From: Candidatus Altimarinota bacterium
GTDB lineage: Bacteria > Patescibacteriota > Gracilibacteria > BD1-5 > UBA6164
Length of the DNA stretch: 53,320 bases
NCBI GenBank assembly: GCA_034112165.1
Contig: JAWUVV010000052.1
Coordinates: 1-53,320 of the forward strand
Reading direction: 5' to 3'
The first letter of the stretch is position 1, and each line of letters begins with the position of its first letter. Under the pieces are notes generated by a model. The model did not search any database. It was not told the DNA's origin and worked only from the letters and a program-made list of their open reading frames with translations. This document shows positions 9,966 to 23,643 of this stretch, one piece after another. A program made the translations under genes and the position numbers.

Positions 9966-12593
9966 TTATTTATTTTGAGAGAGTAAATCAAGGAGTTTAT
10001 CACTTGTAGTATAACGGATTTTTATATCACTAGGAAAGCTTGAGAGAAAGCGCTCTCACCACTTAGTGGTATAGATTCTATCATCTAAAAATACAACTAT
10101 TCCGGTATCTTTTTTCGTTCTAATAAGTCTTCAAAATCATTGCTTTAATTTCAATATTGATTTAGGGATTGCATACTCAGCAAAACTATCTTTATAGAGC
10201 TTACTACGAGCCATAAATATAGGATCGCTGGGTACCGCAAATGGTATCTTATGAATAATAAGATACTGCAAATCTTGCCCTGGAATATCAATACCCTCCC
10301 AAAAGGTGTCAGTTCATAGCATGATTGAATTACTTGGATTCGCTTTGAAAAATTCAATTTGCTTATGCTTACTCCCACTTATTCACTGCGCTAAGAGATG
10401 TATCTTGTCTCGCTCTAGCTCTATTTTCAGGCTACTATACACTTCTCTAATAGAGAAAAAAGCAGTAAATAATACGAGTGTTCGTCCTGAAACGATATGA
10501 AAAAACTTTCACAGAAATTCTGTCAGTTTTTGCATATTATTTTTTACACTTCCTAAATCTTGTGGAATGCATAAAAGAGCCTGCGTGCTATAATCAAAAT
10601 CTGAAGGAAGTACTATTTTTTCAAAGTCTTGCGTTTGAAGCGTAGCATCTATATAAGAAAAAGTATCTTCCATTTGCAAGGTAGCACTTGTGAGCACAAC
10701 ACTTTCAACGTTTGACCATAAATGACTTTTAAGAAATTCTCATGGGCGTAATAAGGTTGTGTGAATTTGAGTTCCATAATTATCATCGTGACTCATATAA
10801 TAGATGTTTTTCTCAAAATCTGGCTCTAGCAGAACATCCGTTAGAAATTGCCTAAAAAATACTATTTCTTGCACCTCAGAAGAGAAATGTAAGGCCTTCT
10901 TTTCTCAAAGTCCCGTAATGCCTTGACGCAGGGACTCTAAATTTTGAGATACTTTTTCTGCCAATACAGATACTTCTGGATGATTTGTAAAAAAGTCCTC
11001 TCATATAAGTAAATTTTTATATTTTGTATCGAGTTTAAACTTTGAAAATATTTCTCACTCAACAACAGAAAAAAGCTCAGCACTATCAAACAAGACAGAC
11101 TGTTTATAAATAGCTGATTTTTCTAGTGCTAGGCTATATTTTAATAACTTTTTTTCAATTTTCTCAAGAAGTTTCTGAAGCTTTTCGAAAGACATTATCT
11201 TTTTGAGAGACTGCGTTACTATATCTTCTAATGAATGTGCTTCATCCAAAATAAGGTTCTTCACTCCTCATAAGAGAGATCACTCAGAAACAATATCTTG
11301 AAATAAGATATGATTGTTTGTAATAATAATATCTGAATTCTTCGCTCTCTTTCGAGCTTTCAAAGCAAACTCAATTTCTTTATATGGATTAGCTTCATCA
11401 AATATGAAACTATTTCAGGCATGAATATCACTTATATAACTAAACTCTTCCCCATAAAACTGAAGTTCATCAAGTTCTCAAAATTCAGTTTTCATACTCC
11501 AAAGGAATATCTTTAAAACAAACGATATTTGCGTAGTAGACGTGATATGTCCAGAGTGAAGAAATTCTAAGAAACTAGATATTCACAAATAATTTCTTTT
11601 TCCCTTTAACTTTGTATAGGTAAATGCATGTGGAAAATGCTCACTGAGAAAATCTAGATCTTTATAATATATTTGATCTTGAAGGGCTTTTGTACTCGTA
11701 GATATATGAACTGGTTCTTTAAATACAAGCGCGTGTTTAATGGCTGGTAGGAGATACGCAAATGTCTTACCTATTCCAGTAGGAGCCTCTATCAATATCT
11801 TGCCTCACTTAGTAAGGTTTTTGTCGACTTTGTCTAACATAATCTTTTGGCTACTCCTGAGTTCAAAGTCAGGTATTTCTGTAAGAAATGACTCTATATC
11901 AATGACAGATTTACTCTCTATTTTGTCAATCTTGACTTGTAGGCTTTTCTGCAGGACCTTTTCATACGAGACTAAAATATCATCAAATGAGTCTATTTTA
12001 TCTGGTTTCTCTAAATACTCATCACGAAGTATCCTTACTCAACTATCTTGGCAAGAGCTAAGATAATGCCAAATAAGTTGGGTGTTATCATTATACACTC
12101 ATTGCAATTTTCAGATGAGTGCTTGGAATAATTTCCATGTTGCAATAGTATCATCAATCGCTCTGTGTGCATCAAGAAGTTCTATTCAAAATACTTCACA
12201 TAAATATCACAAATTTAAAGACTTTTCATCAGAACATAAAATATTAGCCAAAAAGAAAGTATCTATATATGGATTTTTTGAAGTATCAATATCGTGAGAT
12301 TCTAAAAAACGTACGTCAAAAGGAATATTATGACCAATAAGTGGAAATCACTCAATAAAATCTTGAACATCATCACTTATTTGATGAAACTTCTTTGCAT
12401 TCTTCACATCATCGTCAAATATGTTAGTAATTTGAGATATAAGGACTGGAATGTCTCTTTCAGGATTTACAAAACAATGAAACCTATCTACCTCACTAAA
12501 GTTCTCTCTATCGATTTTAATAAGAGCAAGCTCTATAATAGCGTCGTCTTTTGCTGACAATCAGGTTGTTTCTAAATCTAGTACTATAAACAT
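9966..12593 (-). CDS. dinG: DinG-family helicase with N-terminal DnaQ-like 3'-5' exonuclease domain (875 aa)
   Basis: Supporting motifs:
- Exo I: MFIVLDLETT[TGA=G]L;
- helicase motif I: EAPTGIGKTFAYLLP;
- motif V: FWEGIDIPG;
- motif VI: Q[TGA]F[TGA]RLIRT.
The frame was verified across four track fragments. Confidence 0.9.
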
Positions 12594-12696
12594 ATTTCTG
12601 GGTTTTAAGATATTTAAGCGCAACAAACTTTAAAAAAACTTTGCTCTGCAATATAGTGCCGCTATAATTAAGCATATAGCTTATTAATTAGTCTTA

Positions 12697-13377
12697 ATGA
12701 AGTTTTTACACTCATACATTATCATATGCGCAATGCTTATGAGCGCAAATCCAGTTTTGGCTATAAATTACCAAGCTCCTTTCAGTGAAACATCTCAAAA
12801 ATGACAAATTAATTCTTCACAAATGTCTGCTGCAAAATTATTACAGGACTACGTAGAGAATTATAAAACTAAAATCAACACACTCCATGTATCTTATCAT
12901 TGAGCTAAGAATATTACTATATCAAATTTCAATTTTCAGATTTCCAACATATCTAAGAGTCTTTCTGATATACAAAATAATAAATATTCATCACATGATG
13001 CTGGAAATATTATGTCTCGAATTGTATCTGATCTAAAAACAATAAATACAAGAATGAAAGTATTCTTAGAGCAGGAAAAAATAACCCACCAGAAACAGTT
13101 ACAAGAAAAGCAACTTGCTTTATCAAACATATGAAATCAAATATCAAGAACGCTTGATAACTTACTATTATCTGTAAGTAATAATCTCTTAAAACAAAAA
13201 GATCTTTCCAGTAAAGAAAAGAAACTTGTGGAAATTCTTATTGTACTCAGAGAGCAAAACAATAGAATGAAGGCATTTGATGGAATTACCTTTGAATCAC
13301 AATCTCAAATGGAGCAATACATAAAGGGACTTATTTGAACAATCAGAATAGAGTTTTGAAAGATTAAGAATCTCTAA
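12697..13377 (+). CDS. Secreted coiled-coil hypothetical protein (226 aa)
   Basis: Signal peptide MKFLHSYIIICAMLMSANPVLA, then a K/Q/L-rich helical sequence. Five in-frame TGA. Stop TAA at 13375. Confidence 0.55.
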
Positions 13378-14090
13378 TCCTGTAATCAGATACTCTTAAA
13401 AAGCCGAGTCTTTTCATCTTTATTGAGTTTTTTAATCTCTCATTCCTGTAACTTCTCTAATTGAAGGGTTTGAATTCGTATTCTCTTGAGTTTCTTTACT
13501 TTAGATCATACTTCTTCGACCATTCTACGAATTTGTCTATTTTTTCACTCAGTTAAAGTGATAGAAAACTTTCAAGCAGCGAGTCTGTCTACTTTACATT
13601 TTTTGGTCATTTTTCATAGAATATCTACTCACTGACTCATATCTAATAGCTGCGAATCTTTAATGGATCAAAATGTTTCTACGACATATTCTTTTTCATG
13701 TCCATATTTAGGATGCGTGAGATAATTTGTCATTCTCCCATCATTCGTAAGCATAATGAGCCCTGTAGAGTCCATATCTAATCTTCAAACTGGAAATACT
13801 CTCTCTGGAACTTGTATCATGTCTATAATTGATTTTCCATCTCTCTGAGCACACGTAGTTTCAATACCTCGTGGCTTATTATACTTATAATAGACAAATT
13901 CTTGCCGAGACATTTCTGCTCATTTTCAAAGTGTTACTACATCATTTTCACTATCAACTGATTGTCAAATAGATGCCTCTTCTCCATTTACAAATACCTG
14001 TCCAGCAAGAATATACTCCTCAGCCTTACGACGAGAGCAAATACCTGCTTGGCTCATATATTTTTGTAGTCTTACCAATTCCATACTCAT
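13374..14090 (-). CDS. RsuA/RluB-family pseudouridine synthase with S4 domain (238 aa)
   Basis: S4 motif [20 protein letters not shown], catalytic V[TGA=G][16 protein letters not shown], and a GKNRQIRRM box. Confidence 0.85.
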
Positions 14091-14368
14091 GGTTTATGTT
14101 TTCTTATACAACTAAAAGATTTCATTTTCTCATTATTATTGTCATGTAGCAAAGACAATCTAATACTTCCAACTTCACATACGAGAGTATTCACACATTT
14201 TCTTGTTTCCTGAATATCCTGCTTTGAGTTCTCTTGTACTATATCGCTCCAATAATTACAATAGTTTCATAGATAAAAATAACTGAATATCTTAAAACTA
14301 AAGTACACGATAAATAAAACACTGAGAATCAACTTTATAAATACACTTAAGCTGTTTATTCGAATCAT
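14072..14368 (-). CDS. Small hypothetical membrane protein (98 aa)
   Basis: ATG lies 10 nt after the murB stop. One TM helix and a Cys-rich tail. It overlaps the next gene by 19 nt. No recognisable family. Confidence 0.35.
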
Positions 14369-14380
14369 ACTCTCTGTATA

Positions 14381-15256
14381 TTAGGTAATAATTTGAACCT
14401 CATTTTCTAAGTGTATTCAGAACTCGTCTTGCACTTTACTTTGAGCAAGAGTAATAAGCTTTAAAAGGTCGTCATATGTTCCGCTTCCATCATGCATGAG
14501 AAAGTTTGCATGTCGGTGAGAAAAATATGCTCCTCCTATTTTCTTTCACTTAAGACCAACTTGCTCTATCAAATATCCAGCTGATTGATCTTTACTTGGG
14601 TTTTTAAAAAAACTTCCACAACTATTTCATTTCGGCTGCTTATTTTCTCTAAAATCTATATTATCAACATCACTATGATATTTTTCTACTTTAGTGCTGA
14701 GATCAAAGCGTGCTGAAATTAAAAAATATCTCTTCTCCAGTTTTAAAATAGAAGTTCTATAAGAAAATTGCATATCAGATTTATGAAGAATTTTTCTTTG
14801 TCCATTATCAAGATCTAATACATCACAGCTTATAAAGTTATTTTCTGTTTCAAGCCCAAAGCATCATGCGTTACCATATACAGCTCCAGCAACACTTCAT
14901 GGTAATCCAATAAATCTATGCCATAAGTCCTGTTTATATTCTTCTTCTAACAATCCTGCGATATTCCAAATAGACTCTGATCAATAACTTTCAAGTATTT
15001 TACTGCCCTGATTATATGTCCATCAACTCAGTGAATTTTTAATAACAATCCCATTGTACTCATCAAAAGCAAAAAGCATATTTGTACCTCATGAAATCCA
15101 TAGTATATTTTTATTTTCTTGTTTTCACCAACTAATAATCTCATAGAGCTTATCTATGTCTTCAAGATTCGTAATCTCGAAAAAATATCTAGCGAGTGCA
15201 GGAGTCTTATAATTAGATAACTGGGAAATGTCTATATGTTCTAAAATGTCCTGCAT
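14381..15256 (-). CDS. murB: UDP-N-acetylenolpyruvoylglucosamine reductase
   Basis: GSFFKNP, AGYLIEQVGLK[TGA=G]K, HANFLMH and F[TGA=G]IHLENEV motifs. 291 aa. Confidence 0.9.
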
Positions 15257-15259
15257 AGA

Positions 15260-18100
15260 TTAACTTTTCTTAAAATTATCTAAATATTTTATAATAGCTT
15301 GTCCAGTATAACTTTCCTTGCAATTTTTTACATCCTCAATGGTTCATGCAACAAGCATTGTCCCTCACTTATCTCATCATTCTGGTCATATGTCTATAAT
15401 ATGATCAGCATTCAGTATCATATTCATATTATGCTCTATTACTATAACCGTATTTCATTTGTCTACAAGAGAATGGAGTATATGAAGAAGCTTTTCGATA
15501 TCTTGAAAATGTAATCCTGTTGTTGGCTCGTCTAGTATATAAATGGTTTTAGAGCTTGAGCGCTTTGAAAGCTCACTTGCCAGTTTAATACGTTGCGCTT
15601 CTCATCATGAGAGCGTCGTTGAAGACTGTCATAAACCAATATATCCTAGTCATACTTTATCTAGTATGTCCATAATCTTCATTATACGTGGATGAGCATG
15701 AAAGAATCCTCTTGCCTCTTCAACTGTCATAGCTAGTATGTCTGCTATGGTTTTTCATTTATATTTTATCTCGAGCGTCTCTGGGTTAAATCTCTTTCCA
15801 TCACATGACTCACAGGTAGTATAGACAGGGGGAAGAAAGTGCATTTCTATCTTTTTAACTCCATCTCAATCACATTCTGGACATCGTCCATCTCGAGTAT
15901 TAAATGAAAATCTTCCAGGGGCATACCCTCTTAGTTTTGCATCATAACTTTGAGCAAATACTTCTCGAACGAATGTAAATACTCAGGTATAGGTAGCAGG
16001 ATTAGAACGTGGTGTTTTTCAAATAGGAGACTGATCAATTACCAGAACTTTATCAAAATTTTCTGTGCCCGTTATTTCTCTATGAGCTCAAATAGTCTTA
16101 CTGGCTCTATTAAGCGTGTTAGCAAGGGAACTTGCAAGAATATCGTTTATCAGTGAAGACTTCCCTGAACCAGAGACTCCTGTTACAACCGTAAGATGTC
16201 AGACAGGGAAGTGGACATCTATGTTTTGAAGATTATGATGTGTCGCTCACAAAACAGAGAGCATTTTTGTTTTTTTACGTTTGTCTGTTTTAAGTACTAC
16301 CGTTTTTGCTCCACTAAGATATGGTCAGGTAACAGAATTCTTGTTATTACATATTTCGTCGAAGGTCCCTTCCGCAATAACCATTCAACCATGGATTCAA
16401 GCTCAAGGGCCTATGTCTATTATATGATCACTCTCACGCATAATATCCTCATCATGCTCTACAACTATAAGAGTATTACCAACATCTCTTAGTTTCTTTA
16501 AGTTCTTGATAAGCATATCATTATCTCTTGGATGAAGACCTATCGATGGTTCATCAAGAACATATATGATTCATTCTAACTTCACTCATATCTGAGTTGC
16601 AAGCCTAATTCTTTGAGCTTCTCATCCAGAAAGTGTATTAGCCTTTCTTGAAAGTGACATATATGATAATCAAACCCCCTGAAGGAACTCTAATCGCTCT
16701 ATAATATTTTTCATAACTTTCTCTGCAACCTTTTGTTGCTCAGAATTTAAAGTGAGCGTTTCAAAGAAATGCTGAGAAGCTGTAATATTCATATTTCATA
16801 ACTGTCCAATATGTTTTCCACCTAAGAAGACACTCAAAGATTCTCTTCAAAGCCTAAATCCATCACAATCTGGACAGGCAATGTTTGTAATAAAATCATC
16901 ATAGTTTCCACTCTCCACTCAGCCGTCATAATATCTACGAGTGAGGGTTGTAATGGCTCCTTCAAATTTTGAATTATAAGTATTTTTTCGTCCACTTTCA
17001 TTTACAAAAGATACGCTGTATTGAGTTTTTCACGTTCAATGCATGACCATCTTTCGCTCTTTTTCGTTTAATTCACTATATGGAACATCGAGTCTTATAT
17101 TATGTTTTTTTGAGACCTCCTGTATAAGCGCAAGAAAGTAGTTCCCAAATCATGGGGCCAGTACCGCTCACTCTAAAAGTGTTAAGTTTAGGTTTGTAAT
17201 TTTTTCTTCAAGGAATACCATTTTTTCTCATAAACCATGACAGTCAGGACAAGCTCAATGATGAGAATTGAAAGAAAACGAAGATATAGTGAGTTTTTCA
17301 GGTACATGTCCACAATCACTACATATAAATACCTGCGAAAAGCTCTTAGTTTCTGGTGTTTCTCACAATATCGTTACAGAAATTTGTCCATCTCAATTTC
17401 TGTATGCTACAGCAATACTATCTTTTAATCTCTTTAAATCGGAACTTTCAGGGTCAGAAATATCCTTCACAACAAGTCTGTCCACTATTATCTCTATATT
17501 TATATCTCCTATAGGAAGGTCAAAATCTGCATTCACATTATACTCTATTCCGTTTATCATAAAGCGTATAAATCCAGCATCAAGAACGTGCTTCTTTATA
17601 ACCTCTGGAGTAAGCTCTGTTTTATTTCTGAGAAAAGGACAACTTAAAAAATACTTTAATCCTTCATCAAAACTTGAAATATATCTCGTGATATCCTTAA
17701 CAGAATCTTTTTTGATAATACTGTCACAATCTATGCATCGACGTTCTCCGATATTTAAATACAAAAGCTTATAATAGTCATAAATCTCTGTTATCGTACC
17801 AACTGTTGATCTTGGGTTTCTATTTGTCGTTTTTTGATCTATTGAGATAGTAGGAGATAGTCCCGTAATTTCGTCATAGAGCGCTTCATCCTTTCCAGAA
17901 CCTACAAACATACGAGCATAACTCGAAAGACTCTCTAAGTACTTCTGTTGTCCTATAGAGTATATGGTGGCAAAAGCTAGAGAAGACTTCCCAGAACCGG
18001 ATAGTCATGTTATAACTGTCAGGGTATTTTTAGGGATCTTCACATTTATATTCTTCAAATTATGCGTCCTCGCACCCCGGACTTCTAGAAATTTTGACAT
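15260..18100 (-). CDS. uvrA: Excinuclease ABC subunit A
   Basis: N-terminus [31 protein letters not shown][TGA=G][12 protein letters not shown]-terminus ADHIIDI[TGA]PE[TGA][TGA]DK[TGA]G. 946 aa, with the frame verified. Confidence 0.95.
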
Positions 18101-18159
18101 AAAAAAGGCTTAGAATTTACTAAGCGCTTAGTTTACTCAAATATAGGATTATGCAAGGA

Positions 18160-18621
18160 TTATTTCTCTCAATAGAAAGCTTTTATAACTATCTGTTCAA
18201 TTTCTGATTTAAATGCTCTAGTAATCTCTCTAACCTCTGCTGGTGTACTTTTATTGAAAAATAAATTAATCTTACTTATGGGCTGTATATCATCTGGCAT
18301 AACAGAACGTCATACTAATAATTCAATCTTATATTTAACATTTACAGATCATTTTACTCATGGTACACTTATTCCCATAGTTCAATCCAAATCTCCCTTC
18401 AAATTTATTAAGCGAGTATTACATATCACTGTATTTTTTTCATTTAAAACATATTCGGCAGCTGTTTTTATACCTTCTCAAGTTTCTAAAACTAAATTAG
18501 CTATTTTTTCTCAAGGATAATTTGTTTCAAAATAAATGCAGCTAAGACAAGAGGTTCAGGCATTAATTAAATCTCAACACCCTTTACATTTTTCTAAGTC
18601 AGCTGAAGCCTCTGCATTCAT
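18160..18621 (-). CDS. Hypothetical protein with N-terminal CxxC...CxxC motif (153 aa)
   Basis: ATG at 18621; CKGCGDLINAGTSCLSC. No recognisable family. Confidence 0.45.
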
Positions 18622-18680
18622 ATTTTTTAAAATTATATTATATATGTTTATATACTACACTATAATAGTAAAATACTCAA

Positions 18681-19358
18681 CTAATCGCTCGCTAGGACGA
18701 TAGCTCTTACATTTTTATATCATTTTTTCTGTAAGTACGATGCTATTTCTGCGATTGTAGAGCCAGTCGAAACAACGTCATCTATGAGATATATAATAGT
18801 ATTTTTATTACTATTATACCTTCAAAGCTGAAAAGCATTATCGAGGTTATGTGCTCTCTGAGATTGAGAGAGGTGACTTTGCTGTTTGGTATATTTTGAT
18901 CTCTTAATGAGAGTGGTATCTACCGAGATTCCACATACTTTTGACAGGTTTTGAGCAATCTTTTCACTTTGATTATAGCCACGCTTCCATCTTCTGAGGA
19001 AATGCATCGGAACAGGAACTAAAACAGTATTCTCTGTTTCTATATATTTATTGAAAAACATATTGTGAGGAACAATAAGATCTCTGTAGGCTGGGTATTT
19101 ATTGTAATATTTTGCATGTCTCAGGAGTCTTTTTATTCATCCATTTCTATAACGAGTTAAAACTATTACTTGCGTGAGAGGGAAGTGTTTTTGACAGTCA
19201 TTATGGACGTTAAAATTTTCAGAGTGTTTTTTACAGACATAACAATATGGCTTATATTCAGCAATTTCATCATTGCATTTTGGACAAAAAAAGTGTCAGA
19301 GCTGTTGGCAGCTAAAACACTTTTTTTCAGTGAAGAGTGATATAAGAAATTGGAACAT
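18681..19358 (-). CDS. comFC: ComF-family phosphoribosyltransferase-like competence protein
   Basis: N-terminal Zn-finger CFSCQQL[TGA=G]HFFCPKC...CYVC and a PRTase loop YLIDDVVSTGSTI. 225 aa. Confidence 0.8.
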
Positions 19359-19361
19359 TTC

Positions 19362-20762
19362 TTATTTTTTAAAAATTTCAGAAAGACTTTCTACTCAGAA
19401 TCCAGTCATCCCTTTTGGCATTTTTCCATATGGATCTCATTCATTTATAAATGCTCCCGCTATGTCTATATGTGTATACTTTTCATCATTTACTAAGAAA
19501 TTAGAAAGAAATGCTCATCCCATTGATGCCCCTGCGAATACTCCTCTATCGAGATTTTTATAATCCGCTATATCTGATTTTGTTTTATCCATGAAATGAT
19601 CTCCAAAGGGAAGTTCTACATATTTCTCTGTATTCGTTTTTGAATGTTCTAGAAGTGTGTCTAACATCACTCTATCTGTCCCCATAATACCTGCATATCT
19701 AAATCCTAGTGCTACCATCACAGCTCACGTTAGTGTTGCTATGGTCATCATCTTGTCTGTTTTATAATTTTTACCAAGATAGGCTATTCCATCAGCAAGT
19801 ACGAGTCTTCACTCTGCATCTGTATGAATAATCTCTACTGTTTTACCAGTGTAACCATTAAGTATATCAGATGGTTTATATGCATTAGAAGAAACTACAT
19901 TTTCAGCAAGGGAGAGACATGCTACAATATTTTTGTCTACATTATGTCTATCTAGCTCCTTCATAAGAGCAAAAGTCACAGCTGCCCCTCACATATCTCA
20001 TTTCATATCATACATGAAGTCTCCTGGCTTAATTTGATTTCAACCAGTATCAAAGGTCACTCCTTTTCAAACGATACCTTGTACTGGTTTCTTCTTGTCT
20101 ACAATATGCTCTAAAATTACCATACATGGCTTGTTATCACTCCCTTTTCCAACTCACTCTATAAGTCAGAGTCATTTTTTTTGAATATCTTTGTAGCTTA
20201 AAACTTTCACCTTAATATTTTTGAACTTTGTTTTTTTCACAATATCAGCAAATATTTCGGGTGTGAGGTCTGGAGCTGGAGTCTCTCATAGATCTCTCGC
20301 AAGCATAATGTTTTCTAAGGTTTTTTTACAATCTATTAAGGCGTTTACCTCATCTTTTTGACATAATATCTGAGTAGACTTTATTTTTTTCTCCGTTTTA
20401 TATCTTTGAAAACTATACCTTGAAAGTTCGCATACTCTCATAAGTAACTCTAGATTTTCATATGTATCAGATATAAGACATAATTCATCTCACAGTTTTG
20501 GAAGATGTTCTCATAGAAAAAGAACCTCTTTTTCTTGACTGATTTCTTTACTCACCAGAACGATAAGATTCTTGTACTTAGTGCCTCATAAGAAATAGTC
20601 TTTTTTAGATGATTTCTTTGATCCTAATGATTTTTTAATATCCTTTAGTATGTTGGCATCTAATTTTAAAAATAGAAGGCTAGAGAGGTCTTTTTCATCT
20701 TTAAGATAAGAGACTATAAATTCAGATTTTATTTCTGAATGTTTTGATATATATGTAAGCAT
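19362..20762 (-). CDS. pepA: Leucyl aminopeptidase (M17)
   Basis: V[TGA]KGVTFDTG[TGA]N, MK[TGA]DM[TGA]GAA, HTDAE[TGA]RLVLAD and ATLT[TGA]A. 466 aa. Confidence 0.9.
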
Positions 20763-20764
20763 TT

Positions 20765-22021
20765 TTAAGAATTGTTTTTACGTAAACTATAATATATGAA
20801 GAACAGGTATACCGATTCTCATAAAAGCAGAAGTCATACAGCGAGTATAGAAATTTCATTGAAAAACAAGAATGTTATCACTCAAATGAGATTGACAAGA
20901 ACTGATATAATACGAAAAAAATACCTATCAAAGTCATAGAATGTCTGCAATTTCCTCAATATGTATATAAACAGAAAGCTCAGGAAAAAGTATATAATAA
21001 ATAAATAGGTATTTCCGTATGTCCCTTGCAATAATAACATATACAAGAAATGTCAAAATGAGCTTATTCAAATAGCTCAAGCACTCAGGGCAAAATAACT
21101 ACAAAAACGCTTATGAAAGAGGAGCATAAGTATTGAAATACAAAAAACTCCTATTGAATACATTATGAACTGTTCTGATTGAAATATAACCAAAATAGCA
21201 TAAATAACTACGGATATACCCCCAAATAGAAGCCCCCAAGTTCTACTTGCATATTTTGATATAAAAAAATATTTTTTTATATAGTCCGTAAAAATTAGTA
21301 AGAATGATCCTAATATTCCTGCAATAATCCCGAGTGAAGAAATATCTCATGAAAAAATCCATTTATAAAGAGTAGAGAGCTCTAAAAACAAAAATATTAT
21401 AAAATATTGCTCTATTACTTTTCTATATGCTCCATATTCTTCATTAAAAAGAGTTATACAGAATAATATAAATACTGCGAAAATATTTATTATGTCTATT
21501 GAGCTAAATATTTGCGTAGAATAAAAAAGATAGAGTATGTGCTCTCAAATATAATATAAAGAAATAAGTACTAGATTTATGATGATAAGATCTTTTCCTA
21601 AAGTGAGACTTTTAGGAAAAAAATATAGTGAAAAAACTATGATATTGAATACTAGAAATATGTATGCAATGTCTAACTCTGGAGAAAAAGAGCGAGTAAT
21701 AAGATATATAGCGCAGTAAAATAATATCCCTGCAATATAATAAATATAATTTGAAAAAAAATCTATAAAGAAATCTTTTATTTCTCCAGAGCTTGGAATG
21801 AACTCTCAAAATTTTGAATGTGCATCAGTGCTATCAATAATTTTTTTTGAAGAGAGTGAGTGTTTATAAACGACCAGGCATGACAGCAAAGAAAATAATA
21901 TATATAGATTTGCCTCAAGAAATAAAGATCCTACAAAATATCAATTAAAATCTGGCAGCTTAGAAAAAAGAAAAAATATAAAGAAAAAACTTAGCCCTAG
22001 GAGTAACAGTAACGCGTACAT
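20765..22021 (-). CDS. Polytopic integral membrane protein (418 aa), unknown family
   Basis: At least 10 hydrophobic segments rich in F/I/L/Y. Its stop lies 2 nt before the pepA ATG. About 10 in-frame TGA. Confidence 0.55.
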
Positions 22022-22038
22022 ATTTTTTTACTAAAAAG

Positions 22039-23403
22039 CTAAAAATTTATAGTAGAAAATATAAAGATAAAGCTAAAAATTACAATATTTATCCCGAGGA
22101 GAAATAAATTTTTAGAAGCTGAAAAGATAAAAAACACAAAAATCATAAACAAAATCCCTATAATTGCGGAAGCATTGATGGTATTTTCGATACGTCATAT
22201 TTTTTCTGCAAATAGTACACTAAAAAATATAATAGAGTATGACACAATACAAAATAATAATATCTTAGAAAGAAAATCTAACGTTGAAAAGAAGGCTTCT
22301 ATTCATTTACTATAGCCTTTTTTTAATCAAGTATATGATCCTATTCATCAACTTTTTTTTGCTTTTAGGATCGATATATTTTGTTTTATTACTTTTCTCT
22401 TGAGAAGTATTTTTTCTTTTATTTCAGACTTTGAAAAAGGATTACAAAATAAAATAATATTTTTTTGAACTTCACGACTATTCTCTTTTAATTTTTCTTT
22501 ATATTTTTCAAGTAATAAGATGGTCTTTAAAAAACTATATGACTTTGTGTCAATAAGTTCTTTTTTTTCTTTTTTTTCTTTAAGGTCTTTCTTCATCTGA
22601 TCGAGAGAAAGTTTTCAAATAGTTCCTCTAAAAAACTTTAATATTTTTTTCTTTATATCCTTATCTTCTTCTATAAATTGGCTACTTGATCATATTTTTT
22701 TTAGAAGTTTATTGGTTTGTGATACGAGATCTCGAGACTCTTTATTTTTATTTTCTTCTAGAGCAGCTAATTCTATTTGTCATATTTTAATAAGGGCCAA
22801 TTCTCCTATTTCTTTGAGTTTTACTATATTAGTTGAGGATTTGATATGAATAAGTTTTTCATACACTGTCTCAAGCTTAAGAAGTGTTTCATCTGTAATA
22901 TTAAATAATTTTTTATTATTAAATATGTTATCAAATTTCCCTATAGCGCTATTAATAAGTATATAGGTTTCATCTAATTTCTTTTTCATATAAAAGCTTT
23001 CTTCTGCTTTTGCTTTTTCTTGGATTATTTTTACCTGTTTTTTTTGAAGTTCATATCAGTTTTGTAATTCTAATATTATTTCTTGTTTTTTCTTAGCATC
23101 GGTGTGGGCTTGATCTCATTCTGGATATAAAAAAACAATATCATATCAAAGTTCTTCTCTGAGTTTTACATATACTTTAAATATATCTTTTCCAACAATA
23201 ACTCCATTTTTCATTTCTCCGTCTTTTTGAACTTGAAAGATATACTTTTTTCAAACAATTTCAGCTCATGAAAAATCCTCAATAGATAAAATAGAATATC
23301 CATCTTTATGAATTTTTTCTCTTGCGTGAGATTCGGAATCTGCTGAAAGAACTAAGGTATATCTTTTCTGAGATTTTGATGCAACTATTTTATATTTTTG
23401 CAT
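22039..23403 (-). CDS. Hypothetical protein (454 aa): two GspF-N-terminus-like modules, long coiled coil, 3 C-terminal TM helices
   Basis: Joins track ORFs 22780..22989 and 22348..22596 plus their flanks in one frame, checked codon by codon. N-terminus YKIVASKSQKRYTLVLSADSESHAREKIHKDGYSILSIEDF. Confidence 0.6.
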
Positions 23404-23407
23404 TTTT

Positions 23408-23620
23408 TTATACAGGAAGTACTAGATTTTCTAAATTAAGGAATTGATTATTAATAAAATCACAAATAGCTCGCTCATTTCTATGTGTAATTTCAGTACA
23501 TTGAATTTCTCATATTCAAAAATTTTCAGCCTCAGTTATTACTTGTTCATCTTTTAAAATTAATGCATTTAATGCATCTTCTGGGTTTTTTCATACTATT
23601 TCGCTTTGATTTATGCTCAT
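23408..23620 (-). CDS. Small hypothetical protein (70 aa)
   Basis: ATG at 23620; stop lies 4 nt before the next ATG; 3 in-frame TGA. Confidence 0.4.
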
Positions 23621-23643
23621 TATTTTTTCAACTCACATGTTTT

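Noticed and set aside
10151-10378. 75-aa minus-strand ORF near the dinG 3' end.
   Set aside because: It is out of frame with the helicase. The true frame gives FWEGIDIPG and QGFGRLIRT and ends at 9966.
17268-17774. 168-aa plus-strand ORF. Similar antisense or off-frame ORFs occur at 26407..26745, 29445..29843, 42873..43130 and 47748..48299.
   Set aside because: They overlap well-supported genes (uvrA, glyA, the GT4 gene/fmt, gatA and a pilin-like gene) on the opposite strand or in another frame, and they show no recognisable motifs.
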